Shown here piece after piece: positions 39,152 through 51,833 of a DNA stretch of 64,000 nt. Positions within the stretch are counted from its first letter, which is position 1; every line of letters begins with the position of its first letter. Under the pieces are notes generated by a model. The model saw nothing but the letters and a program-made list of their open reading frames with translations, searched no databases and was not told the origin of the DNA. The DNA is from Octopus sinensis (lineage: Eukaryota). The DNA lies in assembly GCF_006345805.1 (NCBI RefSeq), contig NC_042998.1:160146001-160210000 (forward strand). The letters run 5' to 3'. The position numbers and the translations under genes are program-made.

Positions 39152-40228
39152 CTCTTTAGCATTCAGATTATTCTATCAAATGTAATGCTTATTTATTCAC
39201 ATTCATCATCATCATCATCATTTAACATCTGCTTTCCATGCTGGCATAGGTTAGACAGTTTGACTGAGGACTTGCAAGCCAGGAGGCTGCACCAGGCTCC
39301 AATCTGATCTAGCAAGATTTCTACAGCTGGTTGCTCTTCCTAACGCCAACCACTCTGAGAGTGTAGTGCGTGCTTTTTATATTCCACTGGCATGGGAGCC
39401 AGTTGGGTGGTACTGGCATCGACAATGCTTGAATGGTGCTTTTTACATGCCACCGGCACAGATGTTAATCTAATGGGACTGGCATCAACCACGCTCGAAT
39501 TGTGCTTTTTACGTGCCACCAGCACGGGTGCCAGTCTGGCGGTACTGGCATTAGCCATGGCAATGATATCACTTGACTCAACAGGTCTTCTCAATGATTG
39601 AAGGGTACTCTTAAATGGGCCAGTTATGTGACACTGGCATAGGCCATGGCTACAGTCTCACTTTGCTTGCTTGGTCTTCTCAAGCACAGCATATTTCCAA
39701 AGGTCTCGGTCACTTGTCACTGCTTCCGTGAGGTCCAACATTCAAAGGTCATGCTTCACCACCTCATCCCATGTCTTCCCTGGTCTACCTCTGCCACAGG
39801 CTCCCTCCACTGTTATGGTGTGATACTTTTTCACACAGCTGTTCTCATCCATAATCAATACATGACCATACCAGTGCAGTTGTCTCTCTTGCACACCACA
39901 TCTGATGCTTCTTATGTTCAACTTTTCTCTCAGGGACTTAAACTCTGTTGTTAATGCACACTGACATTACACATCGAGTGGAGCTTACTAGCTTCATTTC
40001 TTGCAAGCAACATTAATTAACCATATATTTAACATTAACCATATAAACATTAATTAACCACATAACATTTAATTAACCATATATTATCTTATAGTTTTAA
40101 GATTTTGATGAGGTAACTGTTAATTTTTAGAATGATATTGTAGAGTTGGTGTGAGAGGCCAGCTCTGACCAGTCCGAACATAAAACAGAATATTTTGGCT
40201 GGATATGGCTGGTTTAAATGCTAAAGGG
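39152..40228. mobile_element. MITE family A split by an RTE insertion
   Basis: Left TTAA-CTCTTTAGCATTCAG (39148-39203); right part ends AATGCTAAAGGG-TTAA (40228). Confidence 0.82.
39204..40010 (-). mobile_element. 5'-truncated RTE 3' end
   Basis: (CAT)n tail, 3' UTR repeats and C-terminal ORF remnant homologous to 60.0-60.4 kb. Confidence 0.88.
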
Positions 40229-41799
40229 TTAAAGCTAGAATATCCAGTTCTTTCCATGAGTTTTGTTGAAGGTAACTGTTACTTTGAAATTACCTGCTCC
40301 ATAATATTTTATAAGATATGATCAAATATCTTTTTTTCTTTAATATAAGAAAGAATTTGTATAGAATTGATATAGATTAAAATCTACTCCAAATATATAT
40401 AATTATTACATATGACAGGTCTAAACAGTTTTGAAAGAGGCAAAAAATGCAAAAAAATTTTTCATTAAAATAAATAATTTAAAGAATAAATTCAAAAGAC
40501 ATTATAGATAGCTGCAGATTGTTTAAGTATTCTATTTCTTAAGTATAGGAGTTCAAATTCTACTGTAGACAAGTTATCTAATACACAAAGTATATTACTT
40601 GGTTGAAAAGATATACAACTGCTATTTCACAGCAAGCAATATAGATGTCTGGAAGGACATTTGTCCATAAACAAACACTTGATCCAATAATTAATACAAA
40701 TACTTAAAAATATGGAATTCCCCAACTTATTGTAGCATTGAAAAATGGATGTTGAAATGTCCAAAATATAATAAATTTCCTTTCTTCATTCTCTATATGG
40801 GAGTCATAGCTGACTGAGTTGTTAGGGTAGCAGCCTAAGAAGTTAGAATTCACCCCAGGATTATGGGACAATCAATCAAAATAGTTGTTATGCACATATG
40901 GAAGTATGTACAGAATATTATGGTCTGTTGATAGTATGGCCACTTGACTAAATGTAATGATAATAAACATTAGCTCAATAGAAATGTTCACTTTTCCACC
41001 TCAATATTTTATTGCCTTCTTTGCTATTTTTCTGCCATCTATTCTGCTTATTTCTCCGCTTCTATTTCAGCCTCAACCATAAAAGAGCATCACAATGCCT
41101 TAGTTTCAGAATAAAATGGATATTTAATGTTTTATTGTTTTAGAACCATCTTGGTTTTCTATAATCTTCTTCCTTCATTCTAAAAACTTCATACATATGG
41201 GTTTTGTTTCTTAGAGATCACTCAGCAAAACTTTTGAGAAAATCAATTGTGAAAATAACAAAAAGAAATAAAAAAAAAATATTGGTGTCTACACACTATT
41301 TTTTTTCTAATAAAGGGAATAGAGAATAGAAGAAATTAAAAAGAAGAGAACTGACATGTGACAACGTTTGTTCTGACTACTTAAAGACTGAAGAATTGTC
41401 TTTGCAACTTTTATTCTTGTTCTTCAACCAGCCAAATGTTTTTGTAGTTAATGAATTAACAGAGAAAACTGCCATCAAAGTAAAATATTTTAGATAGCTG
41501 TTTAGTATTTACTGAAGGTCATCTCTTTGGGCTTTGTTATAAATTACCCCAATTTATCTTTCCTAAATAGCCTGTTTTTGACATTTGTTTCTGTACAATT
41601 TCTTCTTGGACATATGCAATGAGGTAGCTGTGTCAAAATTATTCACTTCAAGGTTACTCACATGTTATTTTTCATTCAGATTGCTTGAGTTAGAAATGGA
41701 GCCTTGTTGAAAATGTTAAGCTCCCAGCTAGAATCATCAAAGCCCAATGGGTCTTTGATATTTTGACACTTTCTCATAATCTTTGTTTCTCTTCTTGCT

Positions 41800-42240
41800 G
41801 TCCACTTTCCCCATTTTAGTTTTCACATTTCCATCTCATTTTTACTGCTTCCTCTACTATTTTCTTCTTTTCTTCTACTTATTCTCTTCCCACTTTCGTG
41901 TCCCCACTCACAGTCTTTATGTTGTTCTTTCTCAGTCTTTTTTCTTTTGTCTTTTCCTCTAGTCTTCTCTCTATGCTTTCTTTTCATATTCCCTCTATTC
42001 CCCATTCTACTGTTCTCTCCAATTCTTTCTCTCTTCTCCTCCTCTCTCTCTTTCTTGCTGTCTTACTTTCTTCTTTCCATTCTTCTCATTCCCACACTCT
42101 TTACCCTTCAAATTCATCTCTGTCCTATATGTGCAAATAACTGCTAATAACAGCAATCTGCACTCTATTGATTGCCTTCTTGTCTCTACACTATCCATTT
42201 CTTTCTCTGTCTCACCACACTCTCCCTCTCACCTTTACTC
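41800..42240. repeat. Pyrimidine-rich low-complexity tract
   Basis: Strong C/T bias on the + strand. Confidence 0.8.
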
Positions 42241-42645
42241 ATGAACATGCAACCAAAGCTAATAAATCATAACAAAAACAATTTCCTGTTATTTTCATTT
42301 TTCTATTTGTATTTTATCATTTCATTTGATTCCTTCTTTCCTTCTAGAATGTTCTTTTCTCCAAGACTTCTTCATTTTTCTTTTTGTTACTTTGTTGTTT
42401 CATTGTCCAATAATGTCTGTCAAATACCTCTCTCTGATCTTTCCTCTCTCTTCGTAGTCTTTGTTAATCTGATACCATAAACAACAACATTCACATACCC
42501 ACTAGCTTACATTCATATTTATTTACATTTTCTTTTTTGCCTTTTCTTATTTTTAAGGCAAATTATGCTTTTGGAACTTTTTTCTTTCTCCTCTTCCTTC
42601 AGAATATTTTTTATCTATTTTCTTTCATTGTTTTATTTATTTATG

Positions 42646-42699
<54 letters not shown>

Positions 42700-43372
42700 C
42701 ACACACACACACACATATATGCTTATAATATATACACATATATTCAAAGTTATATATATATATGTACACATGCATTCGCATCATCACCATCATTAACATC
42801 ATCATTGACCATCCATTTTCCATGCTGGCATGAGTTGGACAGTGACAGGAACTGATGAGCCGGAGGACTACACCAAGCTCCAATGCCTGCAAAACACACA
42901 CATACAGACAAAGAAACTAATGCTTCTTTGCTCATGTCCCCATAACATGGTGGTTTGGCAAAAATTACACTGATCAAATATGTACCTGATTTCAAATAAG
43001 TACTGGGGTTGATTTGGTCAACTAAACCTGTCAAAATTGATATGGGGTGATAATAGATGATATATGTATCTGTGTGTGTGTCTCTGTAAATATATGTATA
43101 TACATCATCATCATCATCATCATCATCGTTTAACGTCTGCTTTCCATGCTAGCATGGGTTGGACGATTTGACTGAGGTCTGGCGAACTAGATGGACACAT
43201 GTATATACATATATTTACTTGTTTATACATGTATGTATTTCTGTGTTAAATGGAGAAGCAGTGAAAAGTGACAATTCTGTAAATAACAATAATTATAAAC
43301 TTAAAGCTTGCAAGTGATCACCATGTATTGACTAAAGAAAATAGTCTAATATTAGGGCATATAAGCCCTCAA

Positions 43373-43432
43373 CAGAAAAAGTGAGTGTTAGTATGTTTCA
43401 GTCCCATGCATGCTAACACTCACTTTTTCCTG
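43373..43432 (+). other. 60-nt hairpin with 21-bp stem (pre-miRNA-like)
   Basis: GAAAAAGTGAGTGTTAGTATG pairs with CATGCTAACACTCACTTTTTC (one G:U), 13-nt loop. Confidence 0.5.
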
Positions 43433-43474
43433 ACCACTTGAAAGCTTTAAGCTTATAATTATTGTTATTTACAG

Positions 43475-43475
43475 A

Positions 43476-43531
<56 letters not shown>

Positions 43532-43722
43532 GTATATATATATACACATGTATATACATGTACATCTATATACATGTACATACATATACATCTATATACA
43601 TGTACATAAATGTGTATATACATGTGTATCAAAGTATATATATTATATATATATATATATATACACATATGTACTTATACATTTGTAATATATACATGCA
43701 TGTACATAAATGTGTATATACA

Positions 43723-43774
<52 letters not shown>

Positions 43775-43884
43775 TATGTACTTATACATTTGTATATATA
43801 CATGCATGTACATACATATGTATATACACATGCATGTACATTCGTGTATATGTGTGTTTATAAATATGTGTGTGTATATATATA

Positions 43885-43924
<40 letters not shown>

Positions 43925-43970
43925 GTATATGTATACATATATGTATACATACATACATACATACATACAT
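43475..43970. repeat. Compound (TA)n/(TACA)n microsatellite
   Basis: Directly visible. Confidence 0.97.
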
Positions 43971-43974
43971 AATC

Positions 43975-44330
43975 CTCATCATTGTTCAATATCTGTTTTC
44001 CATGCTGACTTGGGTTGGACAGTTTGACAGGGACTTGGGTATAGTTTCTATGGCTGATGTCCTTCCTAATGCTGGCCACTTTGCAGACTGTGCTGGGTAT
44101 TTTTTAGCATGATGCCATCATGATGCCATGATTGACCAAGTAACTTGCTGGACAAAACTCCTCAAATGCTGGGTGGGGTGTAGTATTGAGGGATGTAGCT
44201 TTATGGCTGGTGTTGAGAAGTTTAAGGATGATAGAGGGACAAGAACAGGTGTCTTGATGAAGAAGAGATACATAGCTTCTCCAACTGGAAAAAGAGGAAG
44301 GGATGGTAAGAGCATATTTCAAAGTATGAG
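43975..44330 (-). mobile_element. Second LINE 3' end with QDT-C motif joined to the RTE-type tail
   Basis: Shares caagacacc and caagttacttggt with the 25.3-25.5 kb copy; tail at 43975-44110. Confidence 0.5.
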
Positions 44331-44429
44331 CTGAATGTAGAGTGAGAAAAGAGATAGAAGATTAGAATGGATGGAGGAATAGGTAACTCTGTGAGAGTGT
44401 GAAAAGAGTGTGACTCTCTCTCTATATAT

Positions 44430-45032
44430 ATCTTTTACTTGTTCCAGTCATTTGACTGCGGCCATGCTGGAGCACTGCCTTTTAGTCAAGCAAATCAGCC
44501 GCAGAGCTTATTCTTTGTAAGTCTAGTACTTAGTCTATCAGTCTCTTTTGCCGACCTGCTAAGTTATGGGGACGTAAACACACCAGCATTGGTGGTCAAG
44601 TGATTTTGGGGGGACAAACACAGGCACACAAACATACACACACGCATACATATACATATATTCACATATGACGGACTTCTTCCAGTTTCCATCTACCAAA
44701 TCCATTCACAAGGCTTTGGTCAGCCCGAGGTTATAGTAGAAGACACTTACCCAAGGTGGCATGCAGTGGGACTGAACCTGGGATCATGTGGTTGGTAAGC
44801 AAGCTACTTACCACACACACACATATATATATATTCTTTTACTTGTTTCAGTCATTTGACTGCGGCCATGCTGGAATACTGCCTATAGTCGAACAAATTG
44901 ACCCCAGGACTTATTCTTTGTAACCCTAATACTTATTCTGTTGGTATTTTTGCTGAACTACTAAGTTACGGGGATGTAAACATACCAACATCAGTTGTCA
45001 AGCAATGATGGTGGGGGCAAACAGACACACAA

Positions 45033-45060
<28 letters not shown>
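44430..45060 (-). mobile_element. Two tandem SINE family A copies (44430-44815 near-full, 44835-45060 tail)
   Basis: Both show cttttacttgtt.cagtcatttgactgcggccatgctgg. Confidence 0.85.
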
Positions 45061-45067
<7 letters not shown>

Positions 45068-45082
45068 ATGTGTATTAGTAAT

Positions 45083-45300
45083 GAAGCGTACTACTTGTAG
45101 CATCAACATGCTAAAAATAGCAGTCAAAATAACTCAAAACCACAGTTTTCACTTGTACACAAAGGCGAAATTGAGAGAATGAGTAGTAAAATTTTTAGAC
45201 TCTGTACCATAGACAAAACAAAGTAATCATTCACAAAGACATAATCTGTGGTTTTGAGTCTGCTACTTTTAGCATGCTGGTGCTACAAGTAGTACCCTTC
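45083..45300. mobile_element. Unclassified MITE with ~60-bp TIRs
   Basis: gaagcgtactacttgtagcatcaacatgctaaaaatagcag..actcaaaaccacag vs rc of 45246-45300; possible AAT TSD. Confidence 0.7.
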
Positions 45301-45474
45301 AATATTAATTAATAATTTTGCCTTTTACACATGCTAGCCACTGATATTATTGTAGATTATTAACAATAATATGCTTATAGCCTTGGGCCGACCAAAGCCT
45401 GGTGAGTGAAGTTGGTAGACAGAAACTGAAAGATGAGCTTACAAAACTTTAAGATGTATGGAGCCATGGGTGAA

Positions 45475-45625
45475 GGCGTGGTTGTGTGGTAAGAAGCTTG
45501 CTTCCCAACCACATGGTTCCGGGTTCAGTCCCACTTCATGGAACCTTGGGCAGGTGTATCTAGCCTCTGGCTGACCAAAACCATGTGAGTGGATTTGGTA
45601 GAGAGAAACTGAAAAAAGCCTGTTG

Positions 45626-45661
<36 letters not shown>

Positions 45662-46080
45662 CAAGTTCAGCAAACAATTAAGATTCAAATGAATATGGTA
45701 CTTAATTTAGATGCACCAGAATTTTTTTATGGTATTAGCCATAAAAATATGTGGGGTGATTATAATAAAAAATAAGCAACAAGAATGAATCCGGTAATTT
45801 AATACAATTGTTTCATACTACAACATTTTATTAAAAGCTGTAAATATTACAGCAGATTTAATATGTCGAGTAATCTTCAGCTAATTTTATATATCATCAT
45901 CATCATATATATATTTGTGTGTGTGTTTGTCCCTCCACCATCTCTTGACAACCAATATTGGTGTGTTTACTACTAGGCTAACAAAGAATAAGTCCAGGGG
46001 TTGATTTCTTTGATTAAAAGGCAGTGCTCTAGTATGGCCACAGTCAAAAGGACTGAAGCAAGTAAAAGACTAAAAGAATA
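45475..46080 (+). mobile_element. SINE family A split by a ~230-bp insert (45661-45890)
   Basis: Head at 45475-45630, tail at 45905-46080, insert inside the central (TA)n. Confidence 0.8.
45795..45890 (-). ncRNA. Second hammerhead-like ribozyme
   Basis: Minus strand: AUUAG-CUGAAGA-U[UACUCGACAU..AUGUUGUAGUA]U-GAAA-CAAUUG-UA^UUAA. Palindromic stem III ACAAUUGU; stem II closes with non-canonical U:U. Confidence 0.6.
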
Positions 46081-46367
46081 TATATATATATATACATGGT
46101 CTGATCAATAAGTATCTGAGCTGTTACCATAGTAATGAAGCAAAAGCATGCTGAGAGAAGCTACCTGGAACAGATTGACCTTGAACTCTGCTGTGCATGT
46201 GCTCTAAGTTTTAACATTCTAGCTCACTTCTACTTTTTACAGCAATGCTTGGAAGTAACGTGTGTAGTGTGTGTGTTCATCACATTGACCATGACAGAGA
46301 AAGTTGAGCAGAAAATCTGCATCAGATTTTGCCAAAAGCTTGGTGATACCTGCTCAGAAGGCTATAC

Positions 46368-46880
46368 TCTTTACTCTTTTACTTGTTTCAGTAATTTGAC
46401 TGTGGCCATGCTGGAGCAGCGCCTTTAGTCGAGTAAATTGACTCCAGGACTTATTCTTTGTAAGCCTAGTACTTATTCTATCGGTCTCTTTTGCCGAACT
46501 ACTAAGTTACGGGGACGTAAACACACCAATATCGATTGTCAAGTGATGTTGGGGGGACGAACATATACACACACGTACATATATACATATATACGACGAG
46601 CTTTCAATTTCTGTCTACCAAATCCACTCACAAGGCTTTGGTAGGCCCGAAGCTATAGTAGAAGACACTTGTCCAAGGTGCTATGCAGCGGGACTGAACC
46701 CGGAACCATGTGGTTGGTAAGCAAGCTACTTTATTTCATTAAGATTTGCCGTAAAGGCATTACAAAGAGTAGCTTGCAGGCTGGACATATACATTGATGA
46801 GGTGAATGATGAAACAAGGATGATATTGATGGGAGAAGTGTGGTAAGCAAGCTACTTACCACACAGCCACTCCTATGCTA
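46368..46880 (-). mobile_element. Young SINE family A nested in the mariner
   Basis: CpG-rich near-consensus copy. Confidence 0.9.
46732..46840 (-). mobile_element. 109-bp insertion with perfect 17-bp target-site duplication
   Basis: TGGTAAGCAAGCTACTT at 46715-46731 and 46841-46857; insert ends ..cttaatgaaata on the minus strand. Confidence 0.8.
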
Positions 46881-47483
46881 TGCAAAGTTTTCAAGCATTC
46901 TTGACACAATCAAGGAGATTTTGTGTGACTGAAACCTGAGTATCTTTTTGATCAGCTGAAAGCAGTTTTGGCACAAACTTGGCAGACTTATGTCTCATAC
47001 CCAAATCTTCAGTAATACTGGACTGATCTGAACTGTAACCAATCTGCACATCCTCTGATAACTCATGGATGGTGATTTCTTCTCATGACTGCATGCACAC
47101 CTGTGATGTTTTCTCAGTTCTGCTGGTTGCAGCTTTCCCAGAACGTTCGTCACTATCGAGATTTTTACAGCCATCTTGGAAACATCTGAACCTTTCATAC
47201 ACTTGTGTGCGGCTCACACACTTCTTTCTATACACTTTCTGCAACTTTTCATCAGCCTCTAATCAGGTATTGCCATGACAAATTTCTCTGTCATGGTCAA
47301 TGCGATGATCACATGTTACTCATGTTACTTCAAAGCACTGCTGTAAACAGCAGAAGTCAGCTAGAACATTATAACTTAGTGCACATGCACAGCAGAGATC
47401 AGGGTCACTCTTTGCTAAGCGGCTTCACTCTGTTTGTTTTAGCTTCATTACTATGGCAACAGTCTGGATACCTATTGGTCAGA

Positions 47484-47541
<58 letters not shown>

Positions 47542-47761
47542 ATATTTTGGGATAGAAAGTCGCTGAAGAGGTCACAAGTGTGTAATGAAAGATTTCCATA
47601 TAATGCATATAAAATAAGAATAGTAATAAACAAGTGAAGAATGAATATACATTGCATGTGTTTATTTGGCAAGAAAAGAAATGACCATCAGTTTCAGCGC
47701 ATGATTTCACATCAATCTTGCAAAACAAATTCATAAATATATATATATATATATATATATA

Positions 47762-48015
47762 AGGTAAAGACCCCTCCACCTTCGGTCATGAATGCCCATG
47801 GGATTGCATCTAGAAAGTTACACTCTGAGGCACAAGTCCAGGCAAGCTTGTTTATGGAAGACTAGCAGTTGCCCATGCATACAAGCCTCCCCTCTGCACA
47901 CCACCAATGTTATCCAAGGAAAAGGCTGATACAGTTTGGCACAATTGACATTGTAACTCATTTCTACAGCTAAGTGAACTGGGGTAGTGTGAAATAAAGT
48001 GTCTTACTCAAGTAC
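47762..48015 (-). mobile_element. SINE third family (tail part)
   Basis: ggtaaagaccc..ggtcatgaatg.ccatgggattgc; homologous to 53245-53525. Confidence 0.7.
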
Positions 48016-48704
48016 ACAACATACAAATATATGTAATATATTTCTTTTCTCATGCTGTTCAGCTTACTACACACAGTATTCCATATATGCTACTGATTTC
48101 TAAGTTATTTTGCAGTCAGCATTTGTGAAACTGAGTAATAACACAAAGTAATCTGTACAACAGTAAACAGCTATACTCTTTTCTGTTATTGAGTAATCTT
48201 TAACTCTTGCTTGAAATCTCAAGCTTACACACACACACACACACACGCTTTTATGTAAAGCCCTTCCTGTTTCTATGCGAATTATTATGGGAGGAGTACG
48301 TCCTTGCGATTACTGTATTTACAACAAGCTGTGGTTTTATTGATTCCGTTATTAAAACAATAATTGAAAAAAAGAAAAGGATCAACTGCAATAAACTAAT
48401 AAATCTAGTATAAAAAGTATGTATTTGTATGTGAAGGTGTCTGTGTGTATGTCTGTTTATATATATGCATATGTGTGTGTGTTTTGTGTGTGTGTATGTA
48501 TATATATATAAATAAATATGTTGAGTTGTGTATGAGTGTTTGTGTGTATAGATACACACATATAAATATGCTCCATACATATAATGTGCTTGCATGTGCT
48601 TATTTTTCTTGGTTCCTTTACATTGACATCCTGATGGTTTTCACTTAGCTTTCCCCTGTTCTTGTTGTTGTTGTTACCATCATCATCATTATTATATTAT
48701 TATT

Positions 48705-48743
<39 letters not shown>

Positions 48744-48899
48744 TTTATTACACTTGCTCATGAAACAATTACAAAATGCATATAACAAACAAGCAAATCC
48801 CCAAACAAATCAAAAGACCCTAAACTGTTTTATATATCCTTTTGAAACTTTTTTCGTTGATTTTTTTTGTTTGTTCTTTATTTTTTCACATTATCTGAG

Positions 48900-49440
48900 A
48901 ATGTGCCAAGCTGTTTGGGGATATTTCGGGGATTTTGTTCTTATTTTCTAAACTCCTTTATTATAATTTTTTCTCTATCTTCTCTGTTTCTCTCTCTATC
49001 TACTTCCATTTTCATTTTTTACCATATGTATATATTATTTTTCTCTCTGAAGCCTTAAGCGCTCTCTCTTTTCTCTCTCTAGCTGCCTCTGTTGTTTCTG
49101 TAATTTTCTTTCTTTATCTCTTTCTTCATATACTGTTATTTTATTTCTCTATTTCTACAGTAACTGTTGTTCTCTATTTCTCTCTCTCTGTCAGCTTTTA
49201 TCTCTTTCTCTCTCTTTGTTCTTTTCACTTTCTATTGCCACTCTTCTCATCACCCCTTCACTTTAGTTACCTCCACTTACTCTTTTCACAACAATTCATA
49301 TTTCTCTTATTCAACTATTACTTGCTTTATCATCTGTTCAGTGTCTCACTCTTTCTCTTCTTTATCAAACTTTTCCACTTTATTTCCCATCCTATTTCTC
49401 TGTCATTTGTACTTACTCTTCAGTAGTTTTCCCTTTCCAG
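48900..49440. repeat. Pyrimidine-rich low-complexity tract
   Basis: Strong C/T bias on the + strand. Confidence 0.8.
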
Positions 49441-49725
49441 TTCTTGTAATATCAACAATATAATGATATAATAATACAGAAGATATTGCTTTGTATATTT
49501 CCTTCACAACTATTTATTAATCATATAATACAAATTTAACTTTGCAGAAAGATTTCACGGAAGATTCAAACTTTCAGTGTTGTTGAATCCTTTTGTTGCT
49601 TAAAAAGTTTCTCATCAACCAAATTGAGAATCAATTGGGGCTATAGGGTGTAAAAATATCTATTCAAACTTCAGCATAGCACAATATTAAAATGTAGCTA
49701 AAAGAAAGCTATCACACTTTCTTAA

Positions 49726-49944
49726 CAATTAGCATTTAAACTGGCCATATCTGACTCAAATATTCAACCTGTTTCATGTTTAAAATGACTAGATCCAGCT
49801 TCTCACACTTACCCTACAATATCATTCTAAAAATATGCAACTATATCATTGAAATCTCAAAGCTACAAGAGAATGCATGATTAATTCAAAACAATGTGAG
49901 TAAATAAGCATTACATCTGACAGAATAATCTGAATGCTAAAGGG
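49726..49944. mobile_element. MITE family A
   Basis: TTAA flanks; right TIR AATGCTAAAGGG intact; orientation opposite to the 50234 copy. Confidence 0.85.
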
Positions 49945-50233
49945 TTAAGATTAGTAAAAAGGAGGGTGTCTTGGTGGAAAAGGATATTGCTCCAGCAATT
50001 ATAGGCAAATATATGATTTCAGCATCTAAGGTATTTGGGAACTGTTAAATTATATAATGTTAAATTCTGTAATATAATTTACTCTAGTGTTTAATTTTGA
50101 CTTACATCCTTGGATCTGATTCCTATGATTCTAGTAGCTGCTGCAATAATTATGATAATGAATTTATGATTGGATGGCATGAATTTACAATGATATCACT
50201 GTAAAGGTATCATAGAACAGATATGTCACTTAA

Positions 50234-50424
50234 CCCTTTAGCATTCAGATGTTTTTATATTCTCATTTCTTTGAATTAGTCATACACTGTCTCATAGCTT
50301 CAAGATTTCAATGGCATAATTGTTTATTTTTGTAGTATAAGTGTAAGAGGCTGAATGTGGCTGTTTTGAACATAAAGCTGGTAGAATATTTTGCCCAGAT
50401 AGGGTTGTTTTAAATGCTAAAGGG
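50234..50424. mobile_element. MITE family A
   Basis: TTAA-CCCTTTAGCATT...AATGCTAAAGGG-TTAA, perfect 12-bp TIR. Confidence 0.9.
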
Positions 50425-50796
50425 TTAAATAATCTTTAAAAATCTCACAACTATTATTTACCTCTTCAAGCATTAAAAGTAAAAAAAATCACAAAAAACT
50501 AGGATTTGAGACATTTTAACTTCTACCTTTTTCAAGTATTAAATGCTATATACAAAGGAATAGAATGAAGAGATATTAATAAGTCAGAGTTAAAGAAAAT
50601 AATTAGTGGAGTTGATTAAAAAATACTGTATATCACTAACCATAGCTGCAACTCTACAAGTCCTGTTCTTTTAAAAGAAAAAAAGAAAAAGAAAAGAAAA
50701 GGAAAAAGTTAATAGCAAAGTTACTGTCTGCAGGTTATCTTTTAGAGAAAGTTCAGAGAACAGTCTCTCAGATGGAATTATAATCTTCTTGCTTAA

Positions 50797-51016
50797 CCTT
50801 TTAACATTTAGATTATTCTGGCAAATGTAAGGCTTATTTATTTACGCTGTTCTGAATTAATCATGTATTATCTTATAGATTTGAATTTTTGATGATGTAT
50901 ATGTTTATTTTTAGAATGACATTGTAGGGTATGTGTGAGAGGTTGAATCTAGCCAATATGAACGTTAAACAGATACAGTATTTTGGCCGGATACAGCTGG
51001 TTTAAATGATAAAGGG
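50797..51016. mobile_element. MITE family A
   Basis: TTAA-CCTTTTAACATT...AATGATAAAGGG-TTAA. Confidence 0.85.
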
Positions 51017-51355
51017 TTAAAACTTAACTGTATAACATAAAAATCAATAACAAATAAGAAATGAATATAAAAAACAATGCATTGCATGTAAATTGAGATT
51101 TGAGTTACTAATTTAAAATTAATTGCTTATATTATTAGTTTTGGTCTTTTGTACCATATATACATTTGTTAAAGTACTGGTCATTGACGTTTATTATTTC
51201 ATTTGCTGCACGCCAACAAAAATTCAACTTTGTTACCTGAAGTAGGTGATAGTTTCCTCTTTCATACACAGTTACCATTTCTGTTTTTACTCTGCAGTAG
51301 TACGTATAATGTTGCTATTATCATTAACTTCAGTTTTATCCACAGTTTATATTCA

Positions 51356-51574
51356 ACCTTTTTTATTACCATATTAATGTTGAAATATACTTCCTTTTGT
51401 TTTAATTGAAAAATAATGACAAATTTAATAAAATAACTTTGTTATTATTAAGCTGATGTTTTGAACATAAATTAACTAGAAATTTCTGGGTAGTTCTTAC
51501 TTAAATCACTTTAAAAACATAATGTTTGTATCTAAGAACTAGGGTCAGTCTCAGGCAGGATGGTATCAAAAGGG
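51356..51574. mobile_element. MITE family B
   Basis: Right end GGTATCAAAAGGG-TTAA; left end eroded. Confidence 0.75.
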
Positions 51575-51833
51575 TTAAAGATAGTCATTAATTGGAATAA
51601 ATTTGTAAAGTTTGTGAGAGTTGGGTAGTGCCCTTCCTTGGGGTAAAATATAAAATTCTGAATATATAAGATATTTTTTTCTTGCTTAAAACATTTCTAC
51701 TTCATGTTTCCAACATGATGTATAAAATTATTTAAAGTTGCAAATGTTAATTATTGACTTTTGCTGATGCTGACAATTATTTTGTTTAGATTCTGGTTTT
51801 TATTTATTTTAGGATTTTCTGACTTTATATTAA

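Larger units (their letters stand above)
46095..47488. mobile_element. Composite mariner made of two opposed 5' ends
   Basis: TA-flanked TIRs ~CGAGGTCTGATCAATAAGTATC at both ends; left arm MTEKVEQKICIRFCQKLG (+); right arm SRTQVYERF..DERSGK..KFVPKLL (-). Confidence 0.82.

Noticed and set aside
35676-41640. Exon-like open frames at ~35.7 kb (+) and ~41.6 kb (-)
   Set aside because: No recognisable homology and no consistent strand or phase chain.
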